The position numbers were made by a program, and so were the translations under genes. From an uncultured virus (IMG/VR IMGVR_UViG_3300025033_000016) (lineage: Duplodnaviria; Heunggongvirae; Uroviricota; Caudoviricetes), in the IMG/VR virus record IMGVR_UViG_3300025033_000016: 64,000 bases of DNA; one strand, given 5' to 3'. Numbering within the stretch: position 1 is the stretch's first letter; every line of letters starts with the position of its first letter. The notes under the pieces were generated by a model that was given only the letters and a program-made list of their open reading frames with translations, did no database searches and was not told the origin of the DNA. Shown piece by piece: positions 1-9,507 of the stretch.

Positions 1-18
1 CAAAATAAGCAGCCCTAC

Positions 19-1212
19 TTGGGGCGGCTTATGCAAATCATGACTACTAAAGTAACCGATAGATTCCCTATCGCAGGAGTACGTTTTGATAAGAAGACTC
101 GCAAGTTTGAAATGCTAATCAACATGGAATTCTTTGGCACTCTTACTGATCTAGAGCGTGAAGCTGTGTTAATTCACGAGGTGTTGCATATCCTACATAA
201 GCACACGGCCTACATGATACCAGAGTCACCGAAGGATAAGAATCGAATGAATATTGCAATGGACTTAGTGATTAATCAGCTAATCACCGACCTACCAAAG
301 GATTGCATGTTCATCGAAAACTTCAAGGATAAGAAAGGTAAGCCTTTCCCTCCTAACGGTATCCACGAGCAATACTATGACCTCCTAGAGGATGACGCCA
401 AGACTAAAGTAGACAAGGAGCATCCAGTAGAAGGCGAAGACACTGGCGAAGGTGACGGTAAAAAGTGGGCTAAGGTAGGCGACCTCCTAAAGGAGCACGG
501 CTCCATGGATGCACACGAGTGGAGCGATGGCGATGTTGGCGAGCAAGAGCAGCTAGCAGCTACTAAAGACTTACTAAAGCGTTCACTAGACAAGCTAGAC
601 GGCTCAAGCTTCGACGAGCACGCCAAGACTGCTAGAGATGCAATCGAAGAGATTGATCGTAAACTCAAGAGTCTCGACTGCAAGCGCATCCTACTTAACA
701 CTTTGCGTAAGAGTTCACCTAACCGCATTCGTACTAAGTCATGGCACAGACCTAACAAACATTACGGTAACTATGCTAAAGGTACTCGTAACGGTAAATA
801 CCCTTCGCTATACTTCCTGATTGACACTAGCGGTAGTATTAGCATGAAAGAAGCTAACGAGTTCCTAGGTGTAGTTAATCAGTTTATGACTAGTGGAGTA
901 ACTAAGTCTAAGGTAGGGCTGTTCCATACGGACTTGTACAAGGTGTTTAGTAATGTTAAGCGTAACTTTAAGCTGTCCGAGGATTCGATTCAGATCGGAG
1001 GTACTTGCCTGACTACGTCAATGCAGAAAGTTATTGACGAGCAGCCTGATCTAGTGGTTATCCTAACTGACGGATACTTTGGTATGCCTAATATAAACAC
1101 TAAGAAGCTGCCAGAGTTAGTCACTGTGATTAGCGAAGGGGGCGACTTGAATCACCCCTTGGCTAAGTTTGCTAAGGTGATTAACTATAAGTTTGATAGC
1201 CGAAATAACTAA
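19..1212 (+). CDS. Metallopeptidase-like / vWA domain protein (DUF2201-type); start uncertain
   Basis: HEVLH (HExxH) motif in the N-terminal half and DTSGS MIDAS, GGT and LTDG vWA motifs in the C-terminal half. Confidence 0.8.
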   Translation: MGRLMQIMTTKVTDRFPIAGVRFDKKTRKFEMLINMEFFGTLTDLEREAVLIHEVLHILHKHTAYMIPESPKDKNRMNIAMDLVINQLITDLPKDCMFIENFKDKKGKPFPPNGIHEQYYDLLEDDAKTKVDKEHPVEGEDTGEGDGKKWAKVGDLLKEHGSMDAHEWSDGDVGEQEQLAATKDLLKRSLDKLDGSSFDEHAKTARDAIEEIDRKLKSLDCKRILLNTLRKSSPNRIRTKSWHRPNKHYGNYAKGTRNGKYPSLYFLIDTSGSISMKEANEFLGVVNQFMTSGVTKSKVGLFHTDLYKVFSNVKRNFKLSEDSIQIGGTCLTTSMQKVIDEQPDLVVILTDGYFGMPNINTKKLPELVTVISEGGDLNHPLAKFAKVINYKFDSRNN

Positions 1213-1221
1213 GGAGGTAAT

Positions 1222-1446
1222 ATGCTATTCGAAGAGTTAGTAAATAAAGCTAAGCTAGAAGGCGTAGAGCTTCTACATGGCAACTCAGGCTCTGAGCTTA
1301 AGGACCTGTTAGGTATGCACTTACGCGTGCGGTTGCCGCTACAAGCTGACCGCATAACTCTAATCGAGGATGGCATTAAGTTAGTCAAAGAGTACGGGGC
1401 GGGGAGACTCTACGTGCATACTAGCGGCCTAGAGGTGTTAAAGTGA
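1222..1446 (+). CDS. Hypothetical protein
   Basis: Strong SD AAGGAGGT upstream; overlaps the next gene. Confidence 0.7.
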   Translation: MLFEELVNKAKLEGVELLHGNSGSELKDLLGMHLRVRLPLQADRITLIEDGIKLVKEYGAGRLYVHTSGLEVLK

Positions 1447-1718
1447 GTAAGTTTAAGCCTAAAGACTCGGTACGAGATACTAGAATGGACCGAGAGTGTC
1501 TAGTGTTGTGTGAGCATCCTAGTATGAAACGATACTATGCCGTAGCGACTGCCGACGGTGGGCTGTGCGTAGCTGATAGTGTTCATGCTGATTTACTTAT
1601 GCCGCACGTTAGTCCTGATACCATGTTTGACTGGACTTTAGAAGGAGATTTAGAGTTACTTGATAACCGCCATAAGCTTATAAGAGACTCACTGAGGGAG
1701 GATTTAGCTAATGAGTAA
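1443..1718 (+). CDS. Small KOW/SH3-like protein with shared C-terminal tag
   Basis: MSKFKPKD start; ends DNRHKLIRDSLREDLANE. Confidence 0.75.
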   Translation: MSKFKPKDSVRDTRMDRECLVLCEHPSMKRYYAVATADGGLCVADSVHADLLMPHVSPDTMFDWTLEGDLELLDNRHKLIRDSLREDLANE

Positions 1719-1965
1719 GTTTAAGGTAGGAGATACTATTCGTCACGGGCTAGCAGGTGAAATGATATTACTATTTAAATGCAAGTATAATAAAGATTAC
1801 TGGGTAGGGAAGCCACTTGATGATAGCGGCTATGGGTGGGACCTAGAGCCGAACTATCCAGGCAACATAGGCAAGGGCTGGAACGTAACCGATAACGAGA
1901 TTGTGTTAGTTGATAAACGACCTAGTGTAATAAGAGAAAGTTTAAGAGAGGATTTATTAAAATGA
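1711..1965 (+). CDS. Small KOW/SH3-like protein with shared C-terminal tag
   Basis: MSKFKVGD start, internal GYGW; ends DKRPSVIRESLREDLLK. Confidence 0.8.
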   Translation: MSKFKVGDTIRHGLAGEMILLFKCKYNKDYWVGKPLDDSGYGWDLEPNYPGNIGKGWNVTDNEIVLVDKRPSVIRESLREDLLK

Positions 1966-2198
1966 AACATGAATTAACGAGATACAATAACAGGAAGCTA
2001 TATTCCAAGTCAGCCAGTCAGTACGTAACGCTAGGTGACGTAGTGTTGATGGTTAAAGCTGGGGAGCAAGTACGCGTAGTGCAGTACGAAGGTGGTGAAG
2101 ATATCACTACTAGGGTGCTTAGACGAGCCTTTGCTAAAGTTAATGATGAAATTAGTGTAGAATATTTACATGACCTAATCAAGACTGAGGCTAACTAA
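1962..2198 (+). CDS. PhaR-like (PHA synthesis regulator) N-terminal DNA-binding domain protein
   Basis: RYNNRKLYS..SQYVTL.D...MVKAGE.V.V....GEDIT...L matches the PhaR N-terminal pattern. Confidence 0.8.
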   Translation: MKHELTRYNNRKLYSKSASQYVTLGDVVLMVKAGEQVRVVQYEGGEDITTRVLRRAFAKVNDEISVEYLHDLIKTEAN

Positions 2199-2199
2199 T

Positions 2200-2271
2200 A
2201 TGGGACTTTTAGTGTCGGCGGCTTTTGTTATAGTGTTCTTGGTATTTATATACGAGGTCATTAGTGGCTAA
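2200..2271 (+). CDS. Putative 23-aa single-pass membrane microprotein (MGLLVSAAFVIVFLVFIYEVISG)
   Basis: Fills the gap between two ORFs, GAGG upstream, 8-nt overlap with the next start; below the ORF-track cutoff. Confidence 0.5.
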   Translation: MGLLVSAAFVIVFLVFIYEVISG

Positions 2272-2455
2272 GTTAAAAGCCTACACCCCCATACGCATTA
2301 AGGGCCTTAAGAAGCTCAGCGGTGACGGGGATAGGTTCGATGCCTTCGGGGTATTCATTAAGGTAGTCATAGTTGGTGAGTTTAAGGGCATGGCGTTAGT
2401 GCGTATAGGTAGCACGCATCTACACGTACCACTAGATAAAATCGAGGAGTGTTGA
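2264..2455 (+). CDS. Hypothetical protein
   Basis: Co-directional ORF in a tightly packed operon, GAGG SD. Confidence 0.6.
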   Translation: MAKLKAYTPIRIKGLKKLSGDGDRFDAFGVFIKVVIVGEFKGMALVRIGSTHLHVPLDKIEEC

Positions 2456-3027
2456 GTATGAGTATAAAGATAGGGGACTTTGTTACTATAGATGTAGGCC
2501 CTTCTTCGATAGAGCCAATCAGGATTGAAGAAGCGCTTGTTTGTGGGCGGAGTATTAATAGCGGAAAATTCATTGTGGAATTGCCTAGGAGTACTGATAT
2601 TATTTTAGGTTGGTCGTCACTAGAGAGTAGCGACAATATTGAAATGACTCATCATGCTAGTTTCAGGTATCTATACATAGATAATGTCTTGGTATTCTTA
2701 GTAGACGATAGACCTAAAGCAGTAAGGGACGCCCTCAGAAAGGAGAGCTGGTACAAGTGTAAAGCTAGCGAGGCTGAGATAGGCGATATAGTATGTACAG
2801 AAGACTTATATCTAATGTATAAGCATGACGGCATACTTAGTCAGCTTAAACCTAATAGCAGCCTCGCTTATTATGTACATGATATTGAAGGTGGGTGTCT
2901 ATATTTAACCGATGACAGTAGAAAAGATCACGGACCTATCGTAAGTCTAAGTGACTGCGTATACAAATACGACAATAGAGCATCTGTAGTACGCGATAGT
3001 TTAAGGGAGGATTTAGATAATGAGTGA
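2449..3027 (+). CDS. Two-module protein carrying the shared tag twice (start probably 2458)
   Basis: KIGDFV...DDRPKAVRDALRKES then EIGDIV...DNRASVVRDSLREDLDNE. Confidence 0.75.
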   Translation: MLSMSIKIGDFVTIDVGPSSIEPIRIEEALVCGRSINSGKFIVELPRSTDIILGWSSLESSDNIEMTHHASFRYLYIDNVLVFLVDDRPKAVRDALRKESWYKCKASEAEIGDIVCTEDLYLMYKHDGILSQLKPNSSLAYYVHDIEGGCLYLTDDSRKDHGPIVSLSDCVYKYDNRASVVRDSLREDLDNE

Positions 3028-3241
3028 CGCAGTAAATAAACCCAAGCATTATAACTCTGGTAAACTAGAGGTGATAGACGTAATCAAAGATAGCTCTAGC
3101 TCTAGTGAGTTCGAGGGCTTTCTATCAGGTAATATAAAGAAGTACATACTAAGGTATCAATTTAAAAACGGCGTTGAAGATTTAAAAAAAGCTAAGGTCT
3201 ACTTGGAGTGGTTAATTCAGCATGTCGAAAACAAAGAGTAA
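3020..3241 (+). CDS. DUF3310 / T7 gp1.7-like protein
   Basis: DAVNKPKHY...GN..KY..R...KNG.EDLKKA..YL signature. Confidence 0.85.
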   Translation: MSDAVNKPKHYNSGKLEVIDVIKDSSSSSEFEGFLSGNIKKYILRYQFKNGVEDLKKAKVYLEWLIQHVENKE

Positions 3242-3518
3242 GTCACATAGTGAAGTAGAGCATTTAAACGGCTTAATACGCCAACTAAAGAAGCAGGTAA
3301 ATAAACTCACTCGTGATAACAGCCAGCTTAGAAAAGAACTAAACAGGAACCTAGATAAGAATACCAAGGAGTATGAGGATATGCCAGACGTACCTAAAAA
3401 TAAGCGTAGCGATAAAGGGGATTGTCCTGTATGCGGCGGCGTGCTTACTAGTATTGATCTAGGGGTGCGTAGTCTATTATCCTGCAAGGACTGTGAGTAT
3501 AGGAAGGTGTTAAAGTGA
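3222..3518 (+). CDS. Coiled-coil protein with C-terminal Zn ribbon
   Basis: Heptad N-terminus; CPVC...CKDC. Confidence 0.7.
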   Translation: MSKTKSKSHSEVEHLNGLIRQLKKQVNKLTRDNSQLRKELNRNLDKNTKEYEDMPDVPKNKRSDKGDCPVCGGVLTSIDLGVRSLLSCKDCEYRKVLK

Positions 3519-3811
3519 GTAAATTTAAGATAGGAGATAAGGTACATATTAACGACTACGGAGTGCGTGGAGTCGGAACCATAGTGTATAAGGACAAGAC
3601 CCATGACGATAGATTTCTATGCACAATAATTGAAGGCTGCCTTGGCTGGGGCTTGCATAATAAGGCAGGATCTTTACCCAAGGACTTTGATACATCTAAG
3701 CACAGCCCCAATGCTAAGATGTGGTGGGTTAATGAGGCTGAATTAGAGCTATTCGATACAAGATTCAAGATCATACGCGATTCGATTAGGGAGGACTTGT
3801 TAGGTGAGTAA
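3515..3811 (+). CDS. Tagged KOW/SH3-like protein, paralog of 24655..24951
   Basis: MSKFKIGD; shares DFDT.K..PNAKMWW; ends DTRFKIIRDSIREDLLGE. Confidence 0.8.
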   Translation: MSKFKIGDKVHINDYGVRGVGTIVYKDKTHDDRFLCTIIEGCLGWGLHNKAGSLPKDFDTSKHSPNAKMWWVNEAELELFDTRFKIIRDSIREDLLGE

Positions 3812-4196
3812 CACTAGAACTACTACATATAACCTATCTGTAACTAACTTGACTAGCTTAATGCGCACTATACGGGCTAATCAGAATAAGTTGTCTCCTG
3901 CTATAAGCGAGGGCATTCTCTATATTAGTGTTAATAGTAGTCAGTTTTGTGTCGAAAAGGATTTACCTGATAATAGAATCAGTACCGCGCTTATGCGCTG
4001 CCAAACCCGCTCTCGAAGCGCTAACTTTGACATTTACAAGCTAGAGAATAATATCATTGGTATGATAGAAGCTTTCTTACAAGAGAATAATGAACCAGAC
4101 GCAGTGGAAATAGTGAATACGCTACGAGGCTACACCAAAGCGCAGACTAGACTAGCGGTTAGGGACGGTATCGTGGAGGATTTAATGAATGACTAA
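3804..4196 (+). CDS. Hypothetical protein with variant tag
   Basis: Ends AVRDGIVEDLMND. Confidence 0.7.
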   Translation: MSNTRTTTYNLSVTNLTSLMRTIRANQNKLSPAISEGILYISVNSSQFCVEKDLPDNRISTALMRCQTRSRSANFDIYKLENNIIGMIEAFLQENNEPDAVEIVNTLRGYTKAQTRLAVRDGIVEDLMND

Positions 4197-4482
4197 GTTT
4201 AAGGTAGGTGACGTAGTAGAGGACACTAGGGATGGCCTTGTATATGACGTAGTTTATGTAGATAAGGATGAGCACTCTAGGTCCTGGGTTACTGGTATTC
4301 TAGTTGGAGGAGATTCGCAACAAGCTGGGGTACATATATCACTGCTAGGCCTACCTTCCGAGGTATTGAGCGGTCTACCTACTGATGCTTTTGGACATAA
4401 CCTGGAAGTTAGGTTTATTAGAAAGCACGATAAACGTCCTAAGCTAGTTAGAGACGCATTAAGAGAGGATTTGCTAAAATGA
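4189..4482 (+). CDS. Tagged KOW/SH3-like protein
   Basis: MTKFKVGD; ends DKRPKLVRDALREDLLK. Confidence 0.8.
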   Translation: MTKFKVGDVVEDTRDGLVYDVVYVDKDEHSRSWVTGILVGGDSQQAGVHISLLGLPSEVLSGLPTDAFGHNLEVRFIRKHDKRPKLVRDALREDLLK

Positions 4483-4799
4483 GTAAAGGTTACGTAGCAA
4501 GAATACGGTACTTGGCATATGGTAAGAATACGTTAATATCAAAGGAGTCCTTCGATACGGACAAGTTAGGTAGAATCAAGGTACTAATAGACCTGGATAA
4601 GCTAAGTTATGCCATGATAGACCCCGAGACGCATAAATCTAAGGCTAGCGGTAGAAGTAACACAAGGCACAGCGTTAAAAAGGCAGCTAAGGCACACCTA
4701 CGCAGCCTAGGAGTACAGTTTGCCCCTGAAAAGCGTATGTGGGGCTCTAGCGACCTTCAGAAGGCTCTAGAAGACATCGAAAAGGAGTTGATGGAATGA
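4479..4799 (+). CDS. Hypothetical basic protein
   Basis: ATGA overlaps at both ends. Confidence 0.7.
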   Translation: MSKGYVARIRYLAYGKNTLISKESFDTDKLGRIKVLIDLDKLSYAMIDPETHKSKASGRSNTRHSVKKAAKAHLRSLGVQFAPEKRMWGSSDLQKALEDIEKELME

Positions 4800-5428
4800 G
4801 GTACTTACTAGAAGATATTCCCGTACAAGCCAAGCTCGTGCTTCTGAGAGCACATATGAGGGGCGTATTCAATGATGCGGTAGCAGACCGGATTAAGGCT
4901 GTTTACAAGGCTATGCATAGGGGCTGGACTAAGCTCTGTAGAGTTGTGGCCTATGTTCCCACCATATGGCGTAATGAGGATTGGGACTTCACTTTTATAT
5001 ACGAGCTACTAGAGTTTAAACTTAAGCGGGTAGACAAGTGTCTACGAAGTGGTATGGCTGAATACGATCCTAAGGCTATGCGGCGTATCCTACTGCTACT
5101 CGACTACGTTAGTAATGAGAAAGCCTCTGAGCAAGCACACGCTGAACTAGAGGCTAAGGGTTTATATAGCGTGTGGGAAATTACCTCTCCCGATAGGGGC
5201 GTATATGAATCCGTATATTGGCATTTAAATACTGAGGACGTAGATAAGCTTAGAGAACTAGATGCTCCTATTAACCTAGACTTCGCTAGCTCCTTTAGAT
5301 CTGCTAGAAACAGTGCTGAATTCAGTAAACGCAAGACTATCTACGACAAGTATCAGAGAAGACATGAGCGCAGACGTACTAAGCTGTTTAAGTTATTAGC
5401 TGATAATATAGAAAGGTTTTGGGATTAA
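4796..5428 (+). CDS. Hypothetical phage protein
   Basis: IW...DWD...EL..FKL and C-terminal I..FWD pattern seen in phage hypotheticals. Confidence 0.65.
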   Translation: MRYLLEDIPVQAKLVLLRAHMRGVFNDAVADRIKAVYKAMHRGWTKLCRVVAYVPTIWRNEDWDFTFIYELLEFKLKRVDKCLRSGMAEYDPKAMRRILLLLDYVSNEKASEQAHAELEAKGLYSVWEITSPDRGVYESVYWHLNTEDVDKLRELDAPINLDFASSFRSARNSAEFSKRKTIYDKYQRRHERRRTKLFKLLADNIERFWD

Positions 5429-5429
5429 T

Positions 5430-5669
5430 ATGCTTAAATTTAAGGTGGGGGATATAGTAGAGCTGGGGATAGATATAGCTGGAATGAAAAGAGGCTTAGT
5501 AAAAATCACAAAAATAGATTACCCTGACCCTATGTTCCAGCTCCCTTACCGAGTTGCAGTCGAAGGTTTTCCTTATGTGCTATGGGTTAGGGAGGAGTGG
5601 TTACATGCCTTAGACAACCGACCTAGAGCAGTGAGGGCTTCGTTACGGGAGAATTTACTAGATGACTGA
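5430..5669 (+). CDS. Tagged KOW/SH3-like protein
   Basis: KFKVGD; ends DNRPRAVRASLRENLLDD. Confidence 0.8.
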   Translation: MLKFKVGDIVELGIDIAGMKRGLVKITKIDYPDPMFQLPYRVAVEGFPYVLWVREEWLHALDNRPRAVRASLRENLLDD

Positions 5670-5976
5670 TATAAAGTTTGAATTGGGGCGTAAATATGTT
5701 TTAGCTTCATGGGGACGCAAAAATATTATAGGAACTTATTGTGGAACTTTTAGTAGCAGTAGGTATAACAAAGCTCCTTTATTCATGCTAGAGTCTAGCA
5801 GCTCAGCGTTAGGCTGGGCTCGGTCTAACATGGGCAAGGCGAATATACTCCTACCACATGATAAGTATTCTCGATTTTTATATGAAGATAAGATTGGCAT
5901 TAGTGTAGTTGGTGCAGTAGATGAAAGGCCAAAAATAGTACGTGACAGCTTAAGGCAAGATCTACTAGAAGACTAA
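5662..5976 (+). CDS. Tagged small protein, last gene before the convergent polA
   Basis: Ends DERPKIVRDSLRQDLLED. Confidence 0.75.
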   Translation: MTDIKFELGRKYVLASWGRKNIIGTYCGTFSSSRYNKAPLFMLESSSSALGWARSNMGKANILLPHDKYSRFLYEDKIGISVVGAVDERPKIVRDSLRQDLLED

Positions 5977-8127
5977 CTACTTAGCCTCTGCTAAGTTATT
6001 GCCTACTACGGGGTCAGCTTCCATAGGCACTGTAATCAGCTTAGTTAGTTCGTTATTCTCCATGCAATCCTTTAGCAGCTTAGACGCTGCATCTACGTGC
6101 TCATCTTTTACTACTAAGATAACTTCATCATGTACAGTGGATACAATTTTAGCGTCTAAATCTCCTCGACGAGCCACGAAGTCTATCATAGCCTTATTAA
6201 CTAGACTGGCAGCTAGTGACTGAATCTGAAAGTTACGGGCGTTGTTAAGCTCGCCATTAGCTCTAATGAATATCTTTAACGGGTCCTCTACTCCTAGTAG
6301 CGGCCTTCGTACCTTGCGTTTAATCTCAAACTTATCAGGACGCTTAATGCCATACTTATCATGTAGTTCTTTTAGCATAGGAGTTCTACGTCTACGGCCT
6401 ACCTTAGACTCGATGTAGCCTTGCTTACGTGCTAGTATGAGTGTAGTGTTCATCCATTTAGCTAGGTCAGGATAGGCCGCTAGGTAAGCGTCTATGAGCG
6501 CCTTAGCTTCCTCTACTTCTATGTTAAGCGTCTTAGCTAGTTTATACTCCTGCATACCGTACGGGATGCCTAACGCAATCGGCTTAGTTTGCTGCCTTTT
6601 GTCCTTAGCTAACTTACCTAAGTAATTGGGAGCATCGGGGCGTGCTGAGTATTCGGTACTGTTAAACATGTCTACATAAATCTTAGAGTAGAAGTCTAAG
6701 CCCTCTGAGTATACGGCTTGCAGCTTAGGGTCGCCAGCTACTTCACTAAATATGCGAGGTTCCAAACTGCTAAAATCTAAAGAGATTAATTTATAGCCTA
6801 TAGGAGCTTTGAATCCTAGCTTAATTCTAATATCATCCCTAGGTAGGTTCTGAAAGTTAATCGGCTGCGCTGAGCTAAATCTTCCTCCAGTAGTGCCTGT
6901 CTGTTTAAAGGAGGTGTATATTCTACCGTCCTCATGGCCATTCAACACAGCCTCTACATAAGTAGATAGCACTTTCTTTTCTTTACTGCGATATAGCATG
7001 AGCTTTAATATTTCGCTGCTCTCGGAATATTCATTGACTAGCTTATCAATTACTGCGGCTGTAACTTGACGCTTACCCTTAGCAGTAGTGCCTTGCTCAG
7101 GTAATTCTAATACATCAAATAGTAGTACAGCTTTATCATCGTTACTATCGAAGTTAAACTTGCGCTTTAATCCTTTACTATCTAAAAATAACTTTAGTAT
7201 TAGATCACGGTAGTCGTCTAGAGGTTGACCCTCTTCCCAGCCGTGCTGCATTAATGCCTTGCCCATAACACTGCGCTTAGTAAACTTAGTCTTAGCAATC
7301 ACTGAGTCGATTTCATATTCGTTTACTTTATCTGCAATCATAGCATACATCTCATCCTCAATGGACTCAACGGTACCAGTAATATCTTTCTTTAAACCTT
7401 CGAAGTAGGGGATGTCTACGTCAAAACCTGTAGTGTTTAGCTCATATGTAACAGCATTAAGCGGCCACACTTCCTCATTCCATAGTTTAAGTAGCTTTAC
7501 GCTAGCTTCAATCTGAGGCCAGAGCTTTTCCCATAAACCGTAGGTGTAGATAGTATCATATGCGCCATAGGTTCCTAGAAGCAGCACATCGCCTTTATAA
7601 AACTCTTTGTTAGTAGCTTTCCATTCCCCACCGTTAGCTATAACACTAGCTTTTAAGTCATCCTGGGGAGCCGAGGCTTCCTCAGTTAAGTACTTAGTAG
7701 CTAAATCTTTTAGGCCGTGTGGTGGATTCTCGTCTACCGTGTGATGTATGAGCTGCGTGTCATATTTGAAATACTGCAAGGCTTCTATTCCTAGTGAAGT
7801 CTTGAGTATTCTAGCATCGAATGGTACGTTATGGCCTATGAGTCTTTGGGACTTAGTTACTTGCTCGGTTATCCAGCTTCGTACTAGTTCATCAGCTTCT
7901 AAACTCCAGGGGCTTACTAGAGAGTCTATCTCCTTGTTATACACTAATAGTGGTATGTAAATACCTAGGTCTGAGCTTGGTGAGAATGATACTCCAATGG
8001 CTATCGAGTCTTGTCTCAGTCCGTTAGTCTCAGTGTCTACTGCCAGTAACTTAGCGTTGCTAATCAAGTCTGAATATTCTAGTAGACGAGCGGTAGATGT
8101 GATTACTTCAACGATAGGCTTAGTCAC
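5977..8127 (-). CDS. polA: DNA polymerase family A (3'-5' exonuclease + polymerase)
   Basis: ExoI DTET, ExoII HNVPFD, TGTTGGRFSS..NFQNLP, motif A DFSSLEPR, motif B RQQTK...GIPYG, motif C VHDE. Confidence 0.95.
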   Translation of the reverse strand: MTKPIVEVITSTARLLEYSDLISNAKLLAVDTETNGLRQDSIAIGVSFSPSSDLGIYIPLLVYNKEIDSLVSPWSLEADELVRSWITEQVTKSQRLIGHNVPFDARILKTSLGIEALQYFKYDTQLIHHTVDENPPHGLKDLATKYLTEEASAPQDDLKASVIANGGEWKATNKEFYKGDVLLLGTYGAYDTIYTYGLWEKLWPQIEASVKLLKLWNEEVWPLNAVTYELNTTGFDVDIPYFEGLKKDITGTVESIEDEMYAMIADKVNEYEIDSVIAKTKFTKRSVMGKALMQHGWEEGQPLDDYRDLILKLFLDSKGLKRKFNFDSNDDKAVLLFDVLELPEQGTTAKGKRQVTAAVIDKLVNEYSESSEILKLMLYRSKEKKVLSTYVEAVLNGHEDGRIYTSFKQTGTTGGRFSSAQPINFQNLPRDDIRIKLGFKAPIGYKLISLDFSSLEPRIFSEVAGDPKLQAVYSEGLDFYSKIYVDMFNSTEYSARPDAPNYLGKLAKDKRQQTKPIALGIPYGMQEYKLAKTLNIEVEEAKALIDAYLAAYPDLAKWMNTTLILARKQGYIESKVGRRRRTPMLKELHDKYGIKRPDKFEIKRKVRRPLLGVEDPLKIFIRANGELNNARNFQIQSLAASLVNKAMIDFVARRGDLDAKIVSTVHDEVILVVKDEHVDAASKLLKDCMENNELTKLITVPMEADPVVGNNLAEAK

Positions 8128-8341
8128 TAAGTAAATCCTTTCTGAGTGAGTCCCTTACTACACTGGGACGTTCGTCTATTAATTCAACGTCGCCCTCGCG
8201 CACTAGAAAGCCAAGTACGCCTTCCTGGACTCGATAAATAAAGTCGTCCCTCTGCTCAACATCTATCTCAACTATTAGGAGCGTTTTAGACACTGGGTCG
8301 CTTTTAAACCTGATTCGATCTCCAACCTTGAATTTAGTCAC
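8120..8341 (-). CDS. Tagged KOW/SH3-like protein
   Basis: MTKFKVGD; ends DERPSVVRDSLRKDLLSD; overlaps the polA start. Confidence 0.8.
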   Translation of the reverse strand: MTKFKVGDRIRFKSDPVSKTLLIVEIDVEQRDDFIYRVQEGVLGFLVREGDVELIDERPSVVRDSLRKDLLSD

Positions 8342-8570
8342 CTAGTAAATTCTCCCTTAATGAGTCTCTGATTATACTAGGCCGCTGATCTGCTAGCCTA
8401 ATTTCAAAGCCCCGCCTTCGAATCCAAGGAGCTTCACCGTCAGGATTAGGGGATTTTCTAAGCAGCTTATATACGATAGTATCAAAGGTGCTGCGGCTAG
8501 ATATAACCTCAAACATCACATCGCCATAGGTTTGAGTCACCACTAAATCGCCCTTTTTAAAGTTATTCAC
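8334..8570 (-). CDS. Tagged KOW/SH3-like protein
   Basis: FKKGDLV; ends DQRPSIIRDSLRENLLGD. Confidence 0.8.
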   Translation of the reverse strand: MNNFKKGDLVVTQTYGDVMFEVISSRSTFDTIVYKLLRKSPNPDGEAPWIRRRGFEIRLADQRPSIIRDSLRENLLGD

Positions 8571-8883
8571 CTAACAAGTCCTTCCTTAAGGAGTCCCTAA
8601 CGGCCTTAGGCCGCGAGTCTACCGCCCGTAATATCTTTACATCAGCACTAAGTGCGAAATAGTAGGAGTTGGAATGGAATTTGAGGGGGACTTTAATAGC
8701 GTCTTTTATTTCAGGCTTATCATCTAATATCCAACCTAGATCATGCCGCTCAAACTCTAAAATAAAAGCATTAGGTAGTTCTACCTGTCGCCCTACTACG
8801 TAAGCTAGATAACGATGACCGCCATACCAAAATAGCTCGCACTCATAAGTTTTGCCTATCTCTAGCTTATCTAGCTCAATCAT
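8563..8883 (-). CDS. Tagged small protein
   Basis: LEIGKTY, LGW; ends DSRPKAVRDSLRKDLLGE. Confidence 0.8.
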   Translation of the reverse strand: MIELDKLEIGKTYECELFWYGGHRYLAYVVGRQVELPNAFILEFERHDLGWILDDKPEIKDAIKVPLKFHSNSYYFALSADVKILRAVDSRPKAVRDSLRKDLLGE

Positions 8884-9226
8884 TCAGTAAATCTCCCCTC
8901 AAAGCTTCATTAACGATGAACTTAGTGTATACGTCCTGCTCTATTTTATAAAAAGTAGTTCCTATTAAGTTTAAAAAGTCTGAGGACTCTCCAAGATGGC
9001 TAAGTATTATAGGCTTTGTAGGCTCAACTCCATCATACCATAATAGCTTAGTATAAATAGCTGCTTGTTTAACTACTTGAGCACCTAACTTAAATGCCTC
9101 ATCTTCACTAATGACTCTCTCAACTCCCAGATCAATTAACAATAAATTACCGCAGCTAACTTTCCATACTGGAGTAGGTTTACCGTCTAAACGCTTTCGA
9201 AGCTCATCCGCTGTATACTTACTCAT
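8876..9226 (-). CDS. Hypothetical protein with variant tag
   Basis: Ends IVNEALRGDLLND. Confidence 0.7.
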   Translation of the reverse strand: MSKYTADELRKRLDGKPTPVWKVSCGNLLLIDLGVERVISEDEAFKLGAQVVKQAAIYTKLLWYDGVEPTKPIILSHLGESSDFLNLIGTTFYKIEQDVYTKFIVNEALRGDLLND

Positions 9227-9507
9227 TAGTTTAGCAACTCTCCCGTATCCATTATCATAGTATCTTCTACTTCTTCATGCAATAGTATAAACATAATGCT
9301 AGCATGAGCTACTGCCATTACAGCTTCGGAAGACTCCTCTGGCTTTAGATACACATATAACTCATCACAATCATTGAAGTAGCCCGTTAGAGTCGTAGTA
9401 GGTTCTTCTATGGCCACGCCATCCTCAGACTGAGCTAGTACAGTTTGCGGTCTATTAATGATTATGTCTACTAGCTCACCTTGGTAGGCTATTAAGAGCT
9501 TATTCAC
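9226..9507 (-). CDS. Acidic hypothetical protein
   Basis: Coupled ORF within the operon. Confidence 0.65.
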   Translation of the reverse strand: MNKLLIAYQGELVDIIINRPQTVLAQSEDGVAIEEPTTTLTGYFNDCDELYVYLKPEESSEAVMAVAHASIMFILLHEEVEDTMIMDTGELLN

